This document shows positions 16,748-20,709 of a stretch of DNA of 20,709 bases, one piece after another. The first letter of the stretch is position 1; each line of letters starts with the position of its first letter. The notes below the pieces were generated by a model that did not search any database, was not told the origin of the DNA, and saw only the letters and a program-made list of their open reading frames with translations. Source of the stretch: a virus (lineage: Duplodnaviria; Heunggongvirae; Uroviricota; Caudoviricetes); the IMG/VR virus record IMGVR_UViG_2690316109_000015, one strand, 5' to 3'. A program made the position numbers and the translations under genes.

Positions 16748-17677
16748 ATGGCAAACACTGCTGAGATATTCAATTTTCCAGTGCCGGATGTGGCACAAAA
16801 GGAGCCGCGCGTGGCAGATCTCGATGATGGTTATACGCGCATTGCAAATGAGTTGCTGGAAGCTGTGATGCTGGCCGGATTAACACAGCACCAGCTTCTG
16901 GTCTTCCTGGCTGTCATGCGCAAAACATATGGCTTTAATAAAAAACTGGATTGGGTGAGCAACGAGCAACTTTCCGAATTGACCGGGATATTGCCGCACA
17001 AGTGTTCTGCTGCAAAAAGCGTTCTGGTAAAGCGTGGGATTCTTATTCAGAGCGGGCGGAATATCGGCATTAATAATGTGGTCAGTGAATGGTCAACATT
17101 ACCCGAATCAGGTAAGAAAAATAAAGTTTACCTGAAAGAGGTAAATTTACCTGAATCAGGTAAGAAAAGTTTACCCAAATCAGGTAAAGGCGTTTACCCG
17201 AATCAGGTAAACACAAAAGACAAACTAACAAAAGACAATATAAAACCTTTTTCGTCCGAGAATTCTGGCGAATCCTCTGACCAACCAGAAAACGATCTTC
17301 CTGTGGAGAAACCAGATGCTGCAATTCAGAGCGGCAGCAGGTGGGGGACAGCAGAAGACCTGACCGCCGCAGAGTGGATGTTTGACATGGTGAAGACCAT
17401 CGCGCCATCAGCCAGAAAACCGAATTTTGCAGGGTGGGCTAACGATATCCGCCTGATGCGTGAACGTGACGGACGTAACCACCGCGACATGTGCATGCTG
17501 TTCCGCTGGGCATGCCAGGACAACTTTTGGTCTGGTAACGTGCTGAGCCCGGCCAAACTTCGCGACAAGTGGACCCAACTCGAAATCAACCGTAACAAAC
17601 AACAGGCTGGCGTGACAGCCGGAAAACCAAAACTCGACCTGACAAACACAGACTGGATTTACGGGGTGGATCTATGA
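16748..17677 (+). CDS. O: Replication initiator O, hybrid: non-lambda N-terminal (origin-binding) half, lambda-like C-terminal half (309 aa from ATG 16748)
   Basis: Start MANTAEIFNF...VADLDDGY parallels lambda O MTNTAKILNF...VADLDDGY; GGAGG upstream; C-terminal part (SSENSGESSDQPEND ... LDLTNTDWIYGVDL) recognised as lambda O; iterons lie inside the gene. An in-frame upstream ATG at 16658 overlaps the previous stop (ATGA). Confidence 0.85.
   Translation: MANTAEIFNFPVPDVAQKEPRVADLDDGYTRIANELLEAVMLAGLTQHQLLVFLAVMRKTYGFNKKLDWVSNEQLSELTGILPHKCSAAKSVLVKRGILIQSGRNIGINNVVSEWSTLPESGKKNKVYLKEVNLPESGKKSLPKSGKGVYPNQVNTKDKLTKDNIKPFSSENSGESSDQPENDLPVEKPDAAIQSGSRWGTAEDLTAAEWMFDMVKTIAPSARKPNFAGWANDIRLMRERDGRNHRDMCMLFRWACQDNFWSGNVLSPAKLRDKWTQLEINRNKQQAGVTAGKPKLDLTNTDWIYGVDL
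17098..17210. repeat. Replication origin iterons: five copies of an 18-bp dyad TTTACC(C/T)(G/A)AATCAGGTAA, followed by an AT-rich stretch
   Basis: Copies at about 17099-17115, 17127-17144 (degenerate), 17146-17163, 17170-17187 and 17193-17210, each with TTACC/GGTAA dyad symmetry; AT-rich 17211-17255. Same architecture as lambda ori inside O but a different iteron sequence. Confidence 0.75.
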
Positions 17678-18375
17678 AAAACATCGCCGCACAGATGATT
17701 AACTTTGACCGTGAGCAGATGCGTCGGATCGCCAACAACATGCCGGAACAGTACGACGAAAAGCCGCAGGTACAGCAGGTAGCGCAGATCATCAACGGTG
17801 TATTCAGCCAGTTGCTGGCAACTTTCCCTGCGAGCCTGGCTAACCGTGACCAGAACGAACTGAACGAAATCCGCCGCCAGTGGGTTCTGGCTTTCCGGGA
17901 AAACGGGATCACCACAATGGAACAGGTTAACGCAGGAATGCGCGTAGCCCGTCGGCAGAATCGACCATTTCTGCCATCACCTGGGCAGTTTGTTGCATGG
18001 TGCCGGGAAGAAGCATCCGTTATCGCCGGACTGCCAAACGTCAGCGAGCTGGTTGATATGGTTTACGAGTATTGCCGGAAGCGCGGGCTGTATCCGGATG
18101 CAGAGTCTTATCCGTGGAAATCAAACGCGCACTACTGGCTGGTTACCAACCTGTATCAGAACATGCGGGCCAATGCGTTGACTGACGCGGAATTACGGCG
18201 CAAGGCTGCCGATGAACTGTCCTGTATGACCGCACGAATTAACCGTGGTGAGGCTATACCTGAACCAGTAAAACAACTTCCTGTCATGGGCGGTAGACCA
18301 CTTAACCGGGCTCAGGCTCTGGCGAAGATCGCAGAAATCAAAGCTAAGTTCGGACTGAAAGGAGCCAGTGTATGA
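17674..18375 (+). CDS. P: Replication protein P (DnaB helicase loader), lambda P (233 aa)
   Basis: 233 aa MKNIAAQMINFDREQMRRIANNMPEQYDEKPQVQQVAQIINGVFSQLLATFPASLANRDQNE...; recognised as lambda P; ATGA overlap with the O stop. Confidence 0.95.
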   Translation: MKNIAAQMINFDREQMRRIANNMPEQYDEKPQVQQVAQIINGVFSQLLATFPASLANRDQNELNEIRRQWVLAFRENGITTMEQVNAGMRVARRQNRPFLPSPGQFVAWCREEASVIAGLPNVSELVDMVYEYCRKRGLYPDAESYPWKSNAHYWLVTNLYQNMRANALTDAELRRKAADELSCMTARINRGEAIPEPVKQLPVMGGRPLNRAQALAKIAEIKAKFGLKGASV

Positions 18376-18665
18376 CAGGCAAAGAGGCAATTCTTCACTA
18401 CCTGAAAACGCACCGGACTTTCTGCGCGCCGGATGTAGCTGCGGCAACAGGCGTGACTGTAACCAGCATCAATCAGGCAGCAGCCAAAATGGCACGGGCA
18501 GGAATCCTGGTCGTTGATGGCAAGGTCTGGCGAACGGTGTATTACCGGTTCGCTACCAGGGAGGAGCGGGAAGGAAAAGTGAGCACGAACCTGATTTTCA
18601 AGGAGTGTCGCCAGAGTGCCGTGATGAAACGGGTATTGATGTTTTGGGGGAGGGTAGGGGTATAA
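18372..18665 (+). CDS. ren: Ren-like protein (97 aa)
   Basis: MTGKEAILHYLKTHRTFCAPDVAAATGVTVTSINQAAAKMARAGILVVDGKVWRTVYYRFATREEREGK...; close to lambda Ren as I recall it; ATGA overlap with the P stop. Confidence 0.85.
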   Translation: MTGKEAILHYLKTHRTFCAPDVAAATGVTVTSINQAAAKMARAGILVVDGKVWRTVYYRFATREEREGKVSTNLIFKECRQSAVMKRVLMFWGRVGV

Positions 18666-18953
18666 GCGAAACGTTATGAGTGTGTGGGTATTCGTGCCAT
18701 TGCGATGTGGTAGAGAGTGCTGAGGGCGTCATGGTTGTGTTGCGAAGACTACGTTGCACTTGAGCAGGATCTTGCAGAATTTGAGCGCGAGTTCCGTGTT
18801 GCTGATGCGACTATACCCTCGATGTAGAGGAACTTAATTAGCTGATTGTAATTCAATATGCCTACTAAGGCCGGTTGGGTATGAACTAGTAAAGGCTGCA
18901 AAATCCTATAGAGTGTTAACGCAACCAAAAACGTTAAGCACGGAGAAAAAAAC

Positions 18954-19706
18954 ATGGATCCTAAATTACTGTATGCCACGTTTAAACGAAATGACGCACC
19001 AGCTTGGCGCTGCCCGAACTGTATGAATGAAACACTGGAGATTGTCGCTGATAGTTTTGTAGAAACTGATTCAAGCGCAACAACTCAGTTTAGAGATGAA
19101 GTATGGTTTGATGAGGAAATGTCGGGAGGAGTATTCAGTTGCGTGCTGCGCTGTACCCGCCAAGCCTGCCAGGAGAAGGTTGCTTTGTCTGGGCAGGTTG
19201 TTGCTGTAGAATGCTTCAATGACGAAATGACGGAGCGTTGGTATGTTTCTGGTTTCCGTCCTAAGTATTTCTATCCACCACTTCCTCTATTCCTGTTTCC
19301 TGAAAAGTGCCCTGAAGATATAGCTGATCTCTTGGCGGAAGTATCAGCTCTGATCCCCTCGCACCCAGCTTCAGCGGTGAACACCATGAGAACCATACTG
19401 GAGATGATGCTTGATAGTCTTGATGTACCAAGAGAGAAAACAGTTAAAGGCAAGATAATACGTCTTTCTACGCATGAAAGAATCACATATTATTCAGATA
19501 AACTGGGACCAAATAAAGATGCATTCATGGCGTTAAAGTGGTTGGGGAATCACGGCAGTCATGGAGGGATTAAAGTCACAAGGTCCTCTATTAATGATGC
19601 CTGCATTCTCATTGGTCATTTGATTGACTTCTTATTCTTAGAAAGCCCGGATGTAACTATTCATATTGAACGGATAAACAACGTGTATGCACCCAAAAAG
19701 GAGTAA
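18954..19706 (+). CDS. Hypothetical protein (250 aa): N-terminal Cys4 zinc-ribbon-like region plus C-terminal HEPN/DUF4145-like segment with non-canonical motif
   Basis: GGAG at 8-nt spacing; Cys pairs WRCPNC ... CVLRCTRQAC; C-terminal LKWLGNHGSHGG aligns with the RNNLFHG motif of the downstream 160-aa protein but lacks the Arg; lower GC than flanks by eye. Confidence 0.65.
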   Translation: MDPKLLYATFKRNDAPAWRCPNCMNETLEIVADSFVETDSSATTQFRDEVWFDEEMSGGVFSCVLRCTRQACQEKVALSGQVVAVECFNDEMTERWYVSGFRPKYFYPPLPLFLFPEKCPEDIADLLAEVSALIPSHPASAVNTMRTILEMMLDSLDVPREKTVKGKIIRLSTHERITYYSDKLGPNKDAFMALKWLGNHGSHGGIKVTRSSINDACILIGHLIDFLFLESPDVTIHIERINNVYAPKKE

Positions 19707-19717
19707 AACGTAACGCC

Positions 19718-19966
19718 ATGTCGAAGCAGAATATTGCCGCTAAAACACAAGAAGAGCGCGAGAAGGTTAACGTTGACCTTGCTGTCTCCTGAGTTACCTA
19801 CAAAGAGCGCCTTAATATACCGGTTATTGCCGAAGCGGTGATGCGTGAGCAGCCTGAGCATTTGCGGGACTATTTTTTGGAGCGGCCACGACATTACCGC
19901 GAGCAGAGCATCGCGCTGCCCAAGGCATCCACTCCTCGACATCTTAAGCAGGAAGGTGAAAAATGA
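19718..19966 (+). other. Small reading frame (82 codons) interrupted by one in-frame TGA (19790-19792), ending in an ATGA overlap with the next gene
   Basis: MSKQNIAAKTQEEREKVNVDLAVS[61 protein letters not shown]; its TGA stop (19964-19966) overlaps the ATG (19963-19965) of the 160-aa gene; no good SD at 19718; internal ATG at 19841. Confidence 0.3.
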
Positions 19967-20445
19967 TAAGTGCAGAAGGACTGCAGCGGTTACTTAATTT
20001 ATCGGAGCCTCCATCTGATGAACTGATTGATGTTTATCTTCAATTCTGCATGATTTTTCCTAGGGTCGAGCAAAGTTTTTTTGGTGGCTTTGCTAAGGGG
20101 GAAGACAGTTTAAATTATGCGCGAACGTTACTTGACGCCGGGATAAAGGTGCCCAACGAACTTTTTCACGATTTTAAGCAGAGATACATTTTGAACGGGG
20201 ATGCGCAGGAAAGACTTGACGCCCTCTGTGTCGGTCGAGAGAGAGATAGGCGGGGAATAGTTAATGGACTTCAAAATGACGCAGCAACAGATCTAAACAC
20301 CATGTCTACAGTATTAAAGATAGTTATAAGGATAAGAAATAACCTTTTCCACGGAAATAAAGAAGCTTATCTTTTTGTTGATTCTCAAGAGCAAGCGCAA
20401 CTATTGAGGTGGTGCGTGAGATTTCTCCAAGGATTATTAAATTAA
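19963..20445 (+). CDS. HEPN-like protein (160 aa) with canonical R-x4-H motif (putative RNase-type toxin/abortive-infection effector)
   Basis: Motif [11 protein letters not shown] (R-N-N-L-F-H = Rx4H) near the C-terminus in a predicted helical context; non-lambda cargo replacing nin-region genes. Confidence 0.6.
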   Translation: MISAEGLQRLLNLSEPPSDELIDVYLQFCMIFPRVEQSFFGGFAKGEDSLNYARTLLDAGIKVPNELFHDFKQRYILNGDAQERLDALCVGRERDRRGIVNGLQNDAATDLNTMSTVLKIVIRIRNNLFHGNKEAYLFVDSQEQAQLLRWCVRFLQGLLN

Positions 20446-20709
20446 TCTACCTTTGATTTTCCATAATCAACCAGCAATAATAATGTCACCGGAGCCTGAA
20501 CAACATCGGTGACTTCTGCGCTAAACGGGGACGTTTATGCGCACATACAATCTAAACTCTCTTTTGCTGTCACAGATGCAGAAATGCACCTGCGATTTTT
20601 TGCATCCAGCGTTTGACCTCTGCGTAACCGGCTCATTTAAACCGTCTGGTCTGTTTCCTCCGGCTCTACAAAAATAATGTCCATCATTTTTAATGGACAC
20701 TATCGTATG

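Larger units (their letters stand above)
7243..20709. mobile_element. Mosaic lambdoid prophage integrated at the lambda attB site (left portion; continues past window end)
   Basis: attL, then int-xis-(b region)-exo-bet-gam-(pL)-(rex-position cargo)-cI-like-cro-like-cII-like-O-P-ren-(nin-position cargo), in lambda gene order. Confidence 0.9.

Noticed and set aside
17082-17915. Minus-strand ORFs (64-109 aa) inside O and P
   Set aside because: Antisense to recognised replication genes; Arg/Ser-rich low-complexity translations.
18749-18979. 76-aa minus-strand ORF in the ren-to-cargo intergenic region
   Set aside because: It overlaps the SD and start of the 250-aa plus-strand gene and has no start signal or recognisable features.
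19661-19942. 93-aa minus-strand ORF antisense to the short coupled frame
   Set aside because: Antisense to a region with a clear plus-strand ATGA coupling signal; no SD.

Overview
The window has two parts. Positions 1-7242 are an E. coli-type chromosomal locus: a LysR-type regulator (ybhD-like, apparently truncated), ybhH, ybhI, an ERIC-like repeat, ybhJ, tandem REP/BIME units and the ybhC lipoprotein gene. At 7243-7257 sits the phage lambda attachment core (GCTTTTTTATACTAA) followed by a lambda P' arm, i.e. an attL junction. From there to the window end (prophage continues beyond 20709) lies a mosaic lambdoid prophage. It carries lambda-type int, xis, orf73 (TraR-like), exo, bet, gam, P and ren; a non-lambda immunity region (cI-like S24 repressor, cro-like, YdaT/CII-like); and a hybrid O gene with its own iterons. 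Three blocks replace lambda backbone with AT-rich cargo. The most interesting is a two-gene operon in the rexAB position (13363-15014, minus strand): a 282-aa protein with a HipA/PI3K-type kinase catalytic-loop signature, translationally coupled to a 268-aa protein I cannot place in any family. The others are a membrane-protein moron in the b region (9119-9649) and a zinc-ribbon/HEPN-like pair after ren (18954-20445). All identifications are from reading the sequence and recalled protein families; no database search, HMM or structure prediction was run, and GC differences were judged by eye.
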